A stretch of 64,000 bases of DNA, taken from a virus. Under the pieces are notes generated by a model. It did no database searches, was not told the DNA's origin, and saw only the letters and a program-made list of their open reading frames with translations. The position numbers and the translations under genes were made by a program. Below are positions 1-12,200 of the stretch, piece by piece. Location: the IMG/VR virus record IMGVR_UViG_3300008113_000012, positions 1 to 64,000 of that record; one strand, 5' to 3'. Each line of letters begins with the position of its first letter. The first letter of the stretch is position 1.

Positions 1-1020
1 ACCTTTTTTCACTGCGCCAATAACTCGAACAGGTACACGCCCTTTTAGTGCAACATAAGTACCGCCTTCTAATTCGCTATTCATCATGTAAGCAGGATTT
101 GTACTTACTGCACCAATTGCACGTTTGCCCCATGAACTAGCAGTTACTTCTTTTTCTCCACCTACTACCATAACAGTACCTGGTGCATATTCTGCATCTG
201 CAAGATATTTTTCTGCTAAGTCAGCAAATCTAGCTGTTGAAGCTATACCTTGGAATACATTAGCAAATAAATCTCCAGACCCGTCTCTAGCTGCAATAGT
301 ACTTGCGGTTGCTGCTGTAGCAGCAGTTCTTGCTGTTCCTGCAACATTTATACTATTTGCCTTTGTTGCATAACTAGCGGTTCCCCAAAATGTATGAGCT
401 GATCCTGTTGTAATACCTGTTATTCCGGTATTAACTAAAGTTAACCCCTGCTTAATAACTGAGAAACCTGTAAGATCTGTTTCTATTGCAGTGTCAACTG
501 TAAATTCATCTGCTGAAATAATATAAACAGTTTCATCATCGATTACTGCTTCTACAATAGCATGAATTCCTCCGCCTGGGGTATCTACTACTGTTCTAGA
601 TCTCATCTGTGTAGTGCCAAGACCCGGAGCAGTTTGTGGTCCAATTAACACATAATCGTCTGCATCAGTACGTGCATACAATTGATTATTACCATTATCA
701 AACCAAAGATCGCCAGTGCTTAACCCTGCAGGAGCAGTTGTTTTTACTTCTGCACCGCCTGTTGTACGCCAAACATTGTTTTTATCATAAAACTTTAATT
801 TGTTTTTTTCACTATCAAACCAAAGTTGTCCACTAGTAGGACGTGGAGGTGCGCTAGTGCCTGAGAAATTCTCCAGCAAATGTAAGAAATTCTCATTTTG
901 TACTTCACCATAACCTGCGTAGTTCTTACCGATAAGTTTAATATCGAGTGTACTGTCGATCGTACCGTCTTCTACTACTGTTAGTGTTGTACCATTATAC
1001 TTGTCAATACTATATGGCAT
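1..1020 (-). CDS. Baseplate/tail-fibre structural protein with C-terminal intramolecular-chaperone (Peptidase_G2/IMC-like) domain; 3' end runs off the window
   Basis: Not in the ORF track (no stop). Translated by hand from ATG at 1020: MPYSIDKYNGTTLTVVEDGTIDSTLDIKLIGKNYAGYGEVQNENFLHLLENF...ADLAEKYLADAEYAPGTVMVVGG...STNPAYMMN...VALKGRVPVRVIGAVKKG. N-terminus is paralogous to 1048..2166 and 2166..4292; C-terminus is paralogous to 4950..5537. Confidence 0.8.
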   Translation of the reverse strand, partial: MPYSIDKYNGTTLTVVEDGTIDSTLDIKLIGKNYAGYGEVQNENFLHLLENFSGTSAPPRPTSGQLWFDSEKNKLKFYDKNNVWRTTGGAEVKTTAPAGLSTGDLWFDNGNNQLYARTDADDYVLIGPQTAPGLGTTQMRSRTVVDTPGGGIHAIVEAVIDDETVYIISADEFTVDTAIETDLTGFSVIKQGLTLVNTGITGITTGSAHTFWGTASYATKANSINVAGTARTAATAATASTIAARDGSGDLFANVFQGIASTARFADLAEKYLADAEYAPGTVMVVGGEKEVTASSWGKRAIGAVSTNPAYMMNSELEGGTYVALKGRVPVRVIGAVKKG

Positions 1021-1047
1021 TTAGTTCCACCCCTTAACTTTATATAT

Positions 1048-2166
1048 TTAGTTCAAATCAGCCCAAGTGCCTGGTGCGCCTGCAACAGTGCAAACTTGAA
1101 CTACATTATCTGTTGTGTTATATATTAACTCGCCTTCTTCTGCATCTATTGCATCTCGATCGCCAGTAGTATATAACGGTAATTTAAATTTTGTACTTGC
1201 TCTAAAACTGCCTGCAACATCTAGCGTGTACGCAGGTGATGATTGAAAAATACCAATTCTTTCGTTTTGACAATCAATCTTAATAGCATCTTTAGTTCCA
1301 CTACCGTTTTTAACACGGATAGCAAACTCTGTAACACTTGAATTGATTGATTCTATTTTAAATTGAGATGTTGAAACATATACTTCAATTTTTCCGCCTA
1401 GAAGCATTAACTTTCCTGGAGTTGCAATACCAACAGCATCACCAGGAAGGGACAATGTGCCTCTCGCATAAATGAAAGGATCAGTCGTACTTAAGAAATC
1501 ATTAGTAGTTTTTAAGGTTTGTGAACTTACATCAAACAGTGCATCAGATTCTGTAGCTCTTACATTGAATTTCATACCTGCCAAAGTACCTGCATTAAAT
1601 CCTGGTTTAATTGTTCCAGTAAATCCTGGAATAGCAGTTATTGGTTGAAATGCAACGGTATTTTTACTAAAAATTCCAAGTAAAGTTTGTGCTACCCACA
1701 AATAAACAACTACTCGCAATGCACCATTGCTATCGTAAATAGACTCAACAGTAAATCCAGAAAGTCCTTGTGTATCTTTGTATATAGGACCTGCTAGTTG
1801 TAAATCTGTACCGTCAAAGAAATGTAATTGATTTTCTGCACTATCGATCCACAAATCACCTTGTACTAGATTTGTTGGTGCTGTACCAGTAACTAGTGGG
1901 CCGCTACCTATTCGAAAACCGTTGCCGTCGTATACTTTTAGTCTATTTTCAGCAGTATCAAACCATATTTGTCCAGTAATAGGATTGTTAGGTTCACTTG
2001 TATTTGCAAAATTTTCTAATAGCTTTACTAAGTTTTCGTTAATAAACTCGCCGTATCCTGAGACATTCTTACCAATAAGAGTAAGATCCGTAGCTATCTG
2101 ATCAATTGCACTATCTACAACTTCTGCTAACAAAGAACCGTCTGTTTTATTAATCTTATAAGTCAT
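1048..2166 (-). CDS. Baseplate/short-fibre-associated structural protein (GKNxxGY..EN paralog family)
   Basis: Shares the N-terminal MxYxI..D..I..L.GKN.SGYG...ENL..LLENF and GQ(I/L)WFD / GDLW.D motifs with both neighbours; C-terminal GELIYNTT fibre motif. Confidence 0.7.
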   Translation of the reverse strand: MTYKINKTDGSLLAEVVDSAIDQIATDLTLIGKNVSGYGEFINENLVKLLENFANTSEPNNPITGQIWFDTAENRLKVYDGNGFRIGSGPLVTGTAPTNLVQGDLWIDSAENQLHFFDGTDLQLAGPIYKDTQGLSGFTVESIYDSNGALRVVVYLWVAQTLLGIFSKNTVAFQPITAIPGFTGTIKPGFNAGTLAGMKFNVRATESDALFDVSSQTLKTTNDFLSTTDPFIYARGTLSLPGDAVGIATPGKLMLLGGKIEVYVSTSQFKIESINSSVTEFAIRVKNGSGTKDAIKIDCQNERIGIFQSSPAYTLDVAGSFRASTKFKLPLYTTGDRDAIDAEEGELIYNTTDNVVQVCTVAGAPGTWADLN

Positions 2167-4292
2167 TAGATAATCCTACCAGTAAAAATTATGTAGTTTA
2201 TTGTTAAGTATGGATTCATAACATTTAACGGAACATCAGTTATTACTGAATCTACGCCACCTGCGGTGGTTAAGAATTTAGTAAAACCTGGAATCATCTG
2301 TGCAGTACGGCCAACTGAATCACTATCAGTTATGCTGGCTGCTCCGCCTGTATCATCACTTGGAGCATAAAACTGTGTGCCGCCTGCTCCAGTTAAATCA
2401 TGAGTATGATCAGGCAAGTTATTAGTTAATATTGAGCGTTCTTCAACTCCATTTCCTAATCCTACTTGATCGGCTGTGATTTCTGTTACTCTATCTGCAC
2501 TAGATCCAATAGTTGGTCCAGCAGTTACCCCCGATGGTAATAAGGGAACAACTAATCCGTTGTTCATGTTATCAGCACCTAGCGGGAATCTTCCTCTAAG
2601 ATCAGGCAACCTAAATGTAGCTAGTCCCAAATAATCAGCAGGACCTTTATAAGTATTACCTAAAATTGCATACAATTCAGGGTACGAACTAATCTGAACT
2701 TCAGCGCCATCGCATAGCAAGTATCCGTTAGGAACAATTGATCCAGCAAATGGCATAATGCAACCTGCAGGAACAGTTGCTACTGTCGATAAGAAACTAG
2801 TCTTTGATAATTTTCTTACACCAGTTCCAACTCTATTAATTAAAAATTCATCAGTGCCTAATGATTCAAAAACTTCAGTTTTAGATGAAATTAAAGTTGG
2901 ACTTAGTGCTGTGGTAAACACTGCAACGCCTCCTACTTGTTGTCCATTAAAACTAATTGTGTTACTAGTAATGTCTCCAGTAATTGAAAAATTTGTTGGG
3001 CTAGTTAGTGTAGTGGCTGTACCTGTTACTGATCCATTAAATGCTCCGGAGAATTCTCCGGTAAACACAGTAGAACCATCTAAGTTTCCAACAGTGTTAG
3101 CAAATATTCTTTGATAACGTTTATCTTCAGCACCTAAATCCCAACTATCATCGTCGATAGGTTTAACAGTATTAGTTAAAGTAGTTCCTTCAATGCTTGC
3201 GCCGGTCCCTACTCGCAAAGTTTTACCAATACTAGCACCACCTGTTGTTGTGATACTACCGTTTGTAAGTGTAGTAGAGTCGTTAATGGCTGTAATTTTA
3301 AGGCCGCCAGTAGCTGCAATTTTTCCGATAATGTCCAGTGCTTCAGTCGGTGCTTTGTTTATACCAACTTTAGAATCTACAACAGTAATAACATCGGTCG
3401 CTGTTCCGCCTTGATTAGTTCTAATAAAAATACTAGAACCTTCATTCTTATTGTACAGAACTGCTGCACCATTTTTAACAGTTAAAGATGTAGTTAAGTC
3501 GGCTCCGATAGTTAGCCCTGCATCATTACGAAGGTTAAGTCCATAATTTGAAGTACCAGTAACGTCAGTACGGAGGAAACTATTTGCATCTAACCCGTCT
3601 GGATACCCGGACACAATTAATTTAGATGCTCTATCTGCTGTACCCCAAAATTTATTAAGTACAGTACCATCAAGGTCAAAGTCTTTACTAGACATATTAA
3701 TACCTTGATTAATTGTAGTAAATCCAGAGATAACTGACTTCGGAGTAAATGCATCTTTACTAACAATTGCTATTATTTCTCCACTAACTATAAAATTTAA
3801 AATAGTATGATCAATATTAAAAGTATCAGTTGCTATTTCAATTTTTGGTCCGGATTGTGCGCCTTCACTAAACTGTGGGCCTACTAAAATCCAGCTAGAA
3901 CCAGACCATAGATATAATTGTTGATTTGCAGTATCGACCCATAGATCGCCAATAACTGCCGTAGTTGGCTGTAGTGTTTTCTTTGTAACATTGCCGGCAG
4001 CTACCCAACTAGTGGCGCCACCGCCATCGACAGTACAAATTTTTAGCTGAGGCTGTGGTGGATTATTATCAGAATCTGTATCGTACCATAACTGACCAAT
4101 TACTGGATTTACAGGTGCTGTAGCACTGGCAAAGTGTTCTAATAAATGTAGGAAATTTTCTGCTAGAACTTTAGAATAACCTGTATAGTTCTTACCTACA
4201 AATCCTAAACTTGTTTCGACATTGATTGTTTGATCTTCTACAGTAATACTACCGTAGTTCGGTTTGTCTGTGCGGTCTATTTCATATGACAT
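2166..4292 (-). CDS. Tail-collar-domain protein (T4 gp10/gp12-like baseplate or short tail fibre)
   Basis: C-terminal phage tail collar motif PAGCIMPFAGSIVPNGYLLCDGAEVQISSYPELYAILG...FRLPDLRGRFPLG, then LPDHTH and MNPYLTINYII. Confidence 0.8.
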   Translation of the reverse strand: MSYEIDRTDKPNYGSITVEDQTINVETSLGFVGKNYTGYSKVLAENFLHLLEHFASATAPVNPVIGQLWYDTDSDNNPPQPQLKICTVDGGGATSWVAAGNVTKKTLQPTTAVIGDLWVDTANQQLYLWSGSSWILVGPQFSEGAQSGPKIEIATDTFNIDHTILNFIVSGEIIAIVSKDAFTPKSVISGFTTINQGINMSSKDFDLDGTVLNKFWGTADRASKLIVSGYPDGLDANSFLRTDVTGTSNYGLNLRNDAGLTIGADLTTSLTVKNGAAVLYNKNEGSSIFIRTNQGGTATDVITVVDSKVGINKAPTEALDIIGKIAATGGLKITAINDSTTLTNGSITTTGGASIGKTLRVGTGASIEGTTLTNTVKPIDDDSWDLGAEDKRYQRIFANTVGNLDGSTVFTGEFSGAFNGSVTGTATTLTSPTNFSITGDITSNTISFNGQQVGGVAVFTTALSPTLISSKTEVFESLGTDEFLINRVGTGVRKLSKTSFLSTVATVPAGCIMPFAGSIVPNGYLLCDGAEVQISSYPELYAILGNTYKGPADYLGLATFRLPDLRGRFPLGADNMNNGLVVPLLPSGVTAGPTIGSSADRVTEITADQVGLGNGVEERSILTNNLPDHTHDLTGAGGTQFYAPSDDTGGAASITDSDSVGRTAQMIPGFTKFLTTAGGVDSVITDVPLNVMNPYLTINYIIFTGRII

Positions 4293-4903
4293 TATGCTAC
4301 CTCACTTAAACCAGTTAAACTTTGAATACGCACAGTATAGTCAATTTGAATTAGACGATTTAATGATTTTTGAACTGGGTGAAAAATAACGTGAGTTAAC
4401 AACCGTCCTGAACCAGTTGGATCATAAGATTTTAATCCTAATTCATCAAATACAAATGTTCCATTTGTATTAGTAGAGTTATCAAATGCATCTTGTACGC
4501 CGGGCTCGCCGTAGTCAAGTAAACAAGTAATAAAGACATCAGTATAGTTTGTACCAGTAACATGACGTGTTTCAATTTTATTACGAATTGGATCAATGTT
4601 TATGCTTGACTGATCATCAACAACCTTAGAGTAAGTTTCGTTATATAAACTTGCATTAGTTCCTGTTGAATTTGGTGTTAAATATGTAATAATACCAGTA
4701 GGATCAATTGTTGTCCCGCCGTTACCAAACGCCATTTGATAGATAAATCCTTGTCCAGCATTTGCAATGCTCTCTGCTAGAGAAATACTCATGTTTTCAT
4801 AATGAATTGCATTACGCTTATTAATATACACTTCGCCTGTTTCAGGGTTATGTATTTTAATATGTCCTTCGATGTGGATTCCTGTTAAGTCTTTACCTTG
4901 CAT
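4292..4903 (-). CDS. Hypothetical virion (baseplate-region) protein
   Basis: 203-aa ORF coupled to the downstream gene; GHIKI..NAIH..MAFGNGG..FDELGL..LLTHVIFHPVQKS..IDYTVRI pattern resembles tail/baseplate attachment proteins. Confidence 0.6.
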   Translation of the reverse strand: MQGKDLTGIHIEGHIKIHNPETGEVYINKRNAIHYENMSISLAESIANAGQGFIYQMAFGNGGTTIDPTGIITYLTPNSTGTNASLYNETYSKVVDDQSSINIDPIRNKIETRHVTGTNYTDVFITCLLDYGEPGVQDAFDNSTNTNGTFVFDELGLKSYDPTGSGRLLTHVIFHPVQKSLNRLIQIDYTVRIQSLTGLSEVA

Positions 4904-4949
4904 AGTTGTTCTCTTTTGTGTATTTACCTAATAATATTAAGTACGTAGA

Positions 4950-5537
4950 TTATAATACTACTGCCATTACGATTCCTGCTTCTAAATCATCTTTAGATTC
5001 TAAACTTTTTGCAAAAACAGCATTAGCAGAAAAATTAGCCAGTGCAACTTGCGCAAAACCAGGAACATTACTAGTAACTAATAAATCTCCTTTAGCAACT
5101 GAACCTACTACTTTTACAGGAACCTTACCTCTAAGAGCCACTGCTTGTCCGGTACTTTCACTATTCATTACATATGCCGGGTTAGTAGAAATAACGCCAG
5201 CAACTCTAGTATCTGCAAATTTTTCTGTAATAGTAATTTCATCACTTCCGCCAAATACTACAACAGTACCTGGGTCATATGGCATATCACTAATATATTT
5301 TTCTGCTAAGTCAGCATATTGTGCCGACGATGCAATTCCTCTAAATACAGTTGCATATATATCTGCACTACTGTCTCTAACAGGAATAGTATTTGGTATT
5401 GCTGCAACTGATGCAGTTCTATTAACCCCAGCAACTCTTAAGCTGTCAGATGTTTCTGCTGTGCCTGCAAGACTATCTCCTTCTTGCAATTCTTGTATAT
5501 TTGATCCGTTTAATACTAGAGGATATCGGAGTGTCAT
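4950..5537 (-). CDS. Small fibre protein with IMC/Peptidase_G2-like chaperone domain
   Basis: ADLAEKY..YDPGTVVVFGG..EIT..AGVISTNPAYVMN..VALRGKVPVKVVGSVAKGDLLV. Confidence 0.65.
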   Translation of the reverse strand: MTLRYPLVLNGSNIQELQEGDSLAGTAETSDSLRVAGVNRTASVAAIPNTIPVRDSSADIYATVFRGIASSAQYADLAEKYISDMPYDPGTVVVFGGSDEITITEKFADTRVAGVISTNPAYVMNSESTGQAVALRGKVPVKVVGSVAKGDLLVTSNVPGFAQVALANFSANAVFAKSLESKDDLEAGIVMAVVL

Positions 5538-5547
5538 GTTGTTGTCC

Positions 5548-6222
5548 TTACGAAATTAAAGTTATGTTAGTTATCACTCCGATCCTCGAAGTGACTGGGA
5601 GAAATCCTGTAGCAATATTAATGTTAACTACTGTTCCTTGATTCTGTGTGATTGGCAAAAAATTATAAATTGTAGACCAAACTGGGGGTCTTGATACAGA
5701 CCCTGTACCAGTCTGTGCAAGAAATTTCTTAACATTGGTTAAGTTTCCAGGTAATAGTACAGTTTGGCTTGAGCTTAATTGGTAGGGGATAGAACCTAAA
5801 CTTCCTCCAGCTATATTCGAAGTTTCTGCTGAAATAACTCCATCGGTTATCGAGATGCCCGCGCCAATTTTTACGCCACCTAGTACAGTAGAACTAGCTG
5901 TTGGCAATGCATAATCTACACTTAAAACACTTGTTTCACTAATATTTAGACCCGAGCCGATTCTAACGCCACCTAATGCTTCTGCTGTAGCTGGTGGTAA
6001 AACGTAATCACTGTAATTTCTTACAGACAATACACCAGTATCGCTAATATTTAGACCGCTGCCTACTTTAACTGACCCTATAACAGTAGAAGAAGCTTGT
6101 TTTACTATAGCAGTCTTTAAATTAGCCAGAGTAATTTTTTTAGTGATAACTCCATCACTGATAGGAAACACAGCATTTTCTGCAGGCTGTTCAATTTTTG
6201 CTAGGTCTGATATTCGTGCCAT
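5548..6222 (-). CDS. Tail-fibre-like protein with three GxV(K/R)(V/I)GxG(L/I)xI repeats
   Basis: N-terminal MARISDL..TKKITL fibre-type motif; repeats GSVKVGSGLNIS, GGVRIGSGLNIS, GGVKIGAGISIT. Confidence 0.65.
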   Translation of the reverse strand: MARISDLAKIEQPAENAVFPISDGVITKKITLANLKTAIVKQASSTVIGSVKVGSGLNISDTGVLSVRNYSDYVLPPATAEALGGVRIGSGLNISETSVLSVDYALPTASSTVLGGVKIGAGISITDGVISAETSNIAGGSLGSIPYQLSSSQTVLLPGNLTNVKKFLAQTGTGSVSRPPVWSTIYNFLPITQNQGTVVNINIATGFLPVTSRIGVITNITLIS

Positions 6223-6224
6223 GT

Positions 6225-9200
6225 TTAATCAAGCTCCAATGGTTCATTATCGTCTGTTAATAGTGTTACACCTTCGTCAGTTGCTAACACATATTGATAT
6301 TTATCAACCAAATACTGTGAGAATATTGTCTCAGTATTTTTAATAAAGTTGGCAATATCAGTGTTTGCGTAGGTTAAATCTTCATCATTTCTGTTCCAAA
6401 TGTGTCCAACTTTTTTAACTACTGTTACTTGTGCTTCTTCGTCTGCGGCAGTAGTTAATGTAACATTATTTGACGAATTATTGATTGTAAATTCAGCAGC
6501 TAGTTTTATATCGCCTTCTTTTGTTGTACCAACAGGGCTAAGTTCTGATATTGGTACTGCTGGGCTATATGGGTAACCGTTAGATTCTTTAAACAATGTA
6601 TAATTGTTTTTCTTTAATCTATATCCGCTAGCAAATACTTCCACAGAATTCTTAACAAGAGTAGTAGTTTCGTTAGCTGTCATTTCTCTACCTTGATATT
6701 GATATTCTGTTGTAAATGTGCTCGGTGTAAAGTTTAATGATATTGTTGCATCGACCCCATTACTAATCACAGTATCTGATATAATTCTATCTTTATACGG
6801 AATAGTTTCAGATGGTCCAATATCAAGTACAATAGTTCTAACTCTATGTAGTGCTGGTGCACCTGTACCTAATGTTGCTCTACGAAGTTGTCCAAGAACA
6901 TTACCTACCTTTGTAAAGTATTCAATACGCTCGCCGTTGATTTCAATAATACCGGGCAAGTTTAATGCAGGATTAGGCGGACTTAGATTATTACCGTCAA
7001 CTAGATAGATATTAAGATCTTTTTGTTGCAAGTCTCTAGCAAGTCTTGTAGATTTAGCTTTTGAAATACGTTTGTAATGTACACGATTTAACATGTCTTT
7101 AAACTGCATGTATCCATAACTAGCATTAACAATCCTATCACTAAAACAAATAACGTCTAACATATCAGATGTTAGAAGAGCAGTTTTTAACTTAATAGTT
7201 ACTAGATCAGAATCTAAATAATAATCAATACTATGTGTTAATAATTGATTGTTTTTAATGATCCAAACATAATCATCAATTGCAACAGTTCTATTCAGTT
7301 TAAATCTTTTACCAAGCAAGTTCTCATAACGGTAATAATCGTAAGAACCAGGTACAATTGATCCTGAAAAACTTGTAAACTCCGCAGTTCTTTGAATTTC
7401 CTCAACATCATGATTGAAGAATGAAATAACTTCTGTTGAACTTAAAGTCGGAGGAGCTGTAACAAATCTAATAAATCCAGAATCAATCGTATAATCAGCA
7501 TTGGCAAAAGATGAGACTGTTAATAATGCGCCGTCTTTATATACAGATTTTCTTAAATTTACACTCATAACTGCAATGTCAAAAATGTAATCTGAACCAT
7601 ATGCTAACTCAATACCGTCTACATACACCTTATAGTCTGTAGGTGTTGACACATATGGTCGAGATTTGTAAGTTGTTAGTGCATAATTTAAAACATCATC
7701 TGCAAGAGTAAAATACTCTGTTACGGATGGTTGTAAAATTTGTCCGTCTTGGATAACTAATACATTATTAGCAGCTGGTTCTTTTATACCTACAGGATTT
7801 GTCAAAGCAAACTCTTTATTAAGTCCGTTGCCAGCAATAGTTTCACTTCTAATAATAGAAGCTGCCTGATTTTGATCACTTGTTATCATATAAGTGATTA
7901 AAGATCCTTCAGCTATGCTAGATCCAAATCTAATACCTACCTTTCCTGGAGAGTCGTATGAATCGTTAGTGTTAAACAATTCATATGATACAGCCAATCC
8001 ATCAACTAGAACCACTGAGCCTAATCCTTGTAGTTGCCAGGCGGCTGCTGTTATATACTCTGATGTTGTGCCGTCAGCTACAAAATAATTAGTATCCATT
8101 AGATTATCAGCAGCTACACCAAACGATATTATGCTAACAATCTTCATACTAGCAGGTATTACTGTTAAAGTAATTGTTTGAGCTTGCCAGTTTACTGTGT
8201 AATCAATACCTTGTTTTAATATAACATTATCAATCTTAACAAATATCGATGCAAAGTTATTTAAAATTTGTCCAATAGTGAATTCATTAGTAACGCCGTT
8301 ACCGTATTGATTCTTAAAGTAAATTTTTGCAGAACCAGATGTAGGTAACTGATAAACTTTAATTGCCACTGCGTCTGTAATGTATCCTGGAACAATTTCT
8401 TCAGGAGCAGCACTTGTCATTGGAGTTACAAAGCCGTCACCGTCTAATATAATGTCATCAGGAGAAATACCTGTTGCGCTTGAATAAGCAAGGTCACCAC
8501 CACTTAACTGCGTATCATATTCGCCAGGTTGAGGAGCAAAACTTCCATCGCTTGTGCTCTTACGGAAAATAATTTTATCTCCGTTATTAATAGTTAAGTT
8601 TAAGCTAGGCAAATTAACTATAGAAGTTGTGCCGTTTCCAACAATAGTATCCATAACTACGTTTGGTTTGTTAGCCATAGGATATGATACAAAATCTGGG
8701 TCGTCAATTCTTATAAACGGATCATATGAATAACCAACAACAGCGCCGCCAGTACCTAGTACTGCAATAGCATCTAATGTGATTGAGAATCTGTTGTCAG
8801 CAATTACTTGACGAATTCTGTATGTTCCAGTGTAGTTACCAGTTGTTACTCCTGTAATTCTAACAAACATGTTGTCGGTTAAGTTATGAGGTGTAGCTGT
8901 AGTAATCCACACAGATGTAGTATCTAACGGAGATACTATTACAGAACTTATATTAACTGATACAAGCGGATTGTATCTAGAAATATAAACGTTAATTTTT
9001 TCTCCGTTTGACGGAGTATACGGTAATTTGAAGGACTGATACTGAGGTGTAGCTGTTCCAGTACCGCCTAGATTCTTAACTACTAACACTTGTGTGCCAA
9101 CAGTATAAGTTACATTGGTTGTACCTGCAACGGCATTCCAGTCAGTTGTACCAAGTGATACAATAGTATAATATCTGCCTTCAAAGAAGTTTCCAGCTTT

Positions 9201-12200
9201 TACAACAGTTGTACTTACAACAACAATATAGTCGTCAAGTGCCGAATCAAACCCGTCCCACGAATCAGTGAACCAAGGCAAACTATCCCAGCCTCCGCTA
9301 ATGTTAAATCCTAATCCAGTAACATTTACGCCACCGTAATCAATTCCGGTCATTAGCTGTGCTAAATCTTTACCATACATTCCGCTTTCTGGACTGTAGT
9401 AGAAATTAATTCTGTCAGTAGCTGACAAGTGAACTACGTTTTTCTTATAAGTTATCTCAACTACTGCACCAACTTCAGGCGCACTAGTTAATGTTAACAA
9501 TCCAGAGTAGCTAGTGTACCCTCTTGCTGTTGACGTTTTAGTTGATAGTGCATAGTCGTCTCTTAACAAGTCAATGCCGTTTACTCTAACATAACAATCT
9601 TTGTCAATTTTAATTTCAGGACTAAACTTTAACGGCCACTGCAATCTTGATCCAGTGCCTGTAAATGATTCAGTTTCTGTAATTTCAGATATAAAGTAAG
9701 TTTTAGTAATTCTATCAAACTTAATGCTAATCTTATTGGCCCTTACAACTTCACTTTCAATTATTACCGATGCTCTAGCTGCTGTTCCACCGACTGCTAA
9801 TCCGCCTTCAATTGTTATTGTCGGTGCTTTTAAATAACCAGTACCATTTGATACTAGTTGTATTCTATTAACTTTGCCATTGGCAATATATGCGTTAGCA
9901 GTTGCACCTTGTCCGAATCCGCCTTCAATTTTAACAACAGGATTTTCAATGTACCCGGCGCCGCCGTCAACAAGTTCAATACTTTTAACAGTAAAGCCAA
10001 CATGATCGTACCAATGTTTCCAGGGATATGTAAGAAGCTCAGGTGATTCTGATTCAATTTCTCCTAAACTATTAATTTTAACATCAATAGGTGTAACTTT
10101 AAATCTAAGATCAATTGTAGGTAATAAATCAAAATCTGTTACTGAAGTTTGAGAATTATCTAATCCAGTATAAGAACTGACATATTCTCTAACTTGTGTT
10201 CTGTATGGTTTAACTTCTTTAATGTAATCTTCAAAGTTTTCTAAATTATCACTATTATAATTTACTTTTTGTTTTAAGCTACCAACATTATGAGTAGCTT
10301 TTACAAAACTAGTTTTGAACGCCCAGTCAATAAATGTTTGTTCGTGTAGTGCATATCTTACAGATGCAAAGAATAGTTTTAAATAATCTACTCTTAATTC
10401 GTCAACAAGAATTTTGTCTCGTAGTGTATAGATAATTATTTTTAATTCAGCTTCTGCTAGATTGTCATAAATTTCAGAATCAAATAGCGCACTATCAAAA
10501 CCAATAGATCCGTAGTTGTATAAAATATCTGAGAATTGTATTGTTCCGTTATTTCTTCCTATAACTTTATAGTTCTGTGTATAATCAATAGTAACCAGAG
10601 TGTTATATTTTTCTAACAATAACCATCCACCAGTACCGATGTTATTAACTTTTACAATGCTGTTAACTGATACATCAAGTGTGGCAAGCTCATATGTGTT
10701 TTCAACAACGTAATCAATTTTAGTAAACTGATTGTATCCGGTTGCATACCAATCAATGTATTTCCAATATCTAGTAACATCATAAGACTGTCCTTTAGAA
10801 CGATCCCATTTTAATGTATTAGCATTCCAGGTATGTGTACTCCACTTATTAAAAGTATTTGAGTCACTAATAACTAGAACAGTGAACGGTCTTACAATTA
10901 ATCGTGTTTCTAAAATACCTTCTAGATATCCTTCTCCAGAATTTACTACTTCCACACTAGCAACTTGTCCGTTGGCATTTATTTGTGTGCGCAGAATGGC
11001 GTTACGTCCTTGAGTATTAGTCTCAATAGATACATAAGGTGCGTTAACATAACCACGGCCAGCCTTAATTATATCGGCGCCGACAATTCTACCATTTTCA
11101 ATGATAGGTATTAATTGAGCCTGTTCTAATGTAGCTACTCCGACAAATCTTAATTCGGCATCGGTATCAATAGTAATGTCCCATGTACCAGAAGATGCGG
11201 TTGGTAAAGCATCAAATTGTTCAAGGTCTGATAAATCATAATCATCAGCAAGCAATTTAGTAGACAGTACAGAATTAACACGCTCTATATATTGTTTCAA
11301 TGCTTCAACACGATTAACAAACATGCTTTGTCTTGGTCTAAATCCTACACCGTATCGTTGTTTGAAAGGTAGTTTAATGTCAGGCACAACACGATCATTA
11401 TCGTCTTTTCCAATTAAACTGTGTATCCATTTCTTTTCAATTTCTAAAGGTAATACAGTATTAGGATGCTCACTTACAATTTTCCATTGATTGTGTGCAT
11501 TTGTAGTAGTATAATTCATATCTACAGTCCAATATTGAACTGTAAGATTAAAGTTAGTACCGTCTATTAAGTTAGCTGCATTAACAAGGCTAAAAGAATT
11601 AGATCCAGTTAACGCCAAGCAGGTGTATCCTTCAGATATAGGATCTGAAATAAGTCTCGAAATGTTATGTGCAGAAAGAGAACGTCCTATAATGTCAGGA
11701 GCAACTGTAGGGTTCTTAACCCAGTAATAGTAAGTCTTTTGGAATGATTGCGATATCGAATCGTACTTTTTCTTAACGCTGTATGCAGAGTTTCCGTATC
11801 GACTTTTACCAGTAATGTTTAATGAGTCGCCCTTATCAGTGCCCGATAATGCATCCCACTCAGAAGGCTTGTATTTTGTCTCTATCCATTCATAGATATC
11901 AATGCTAGCAGTTTCATAAAGTTTATTCCATGTACTTGATCTATAAACAATATTACCGCACTGGTTATCAATAAACTTAGCTCTAGTTAAATCCCACCAC
12001 AACATTCCTACTTGCGATTTAGTCCAGTTCATACCATCATCATAATTTAATAATGAATTATTAGGAACAGTTCTATCAGTATCAAAGCTGTATGTTGCAG
12101 GGTCAAAGTAAGTTTTGTAACTTAATTCTTGATCAGCCGGGCCTGGAATTTTGCCTTGTATTGGATCAACAACATCAATGTAAGATGTTAATTGATTGTT

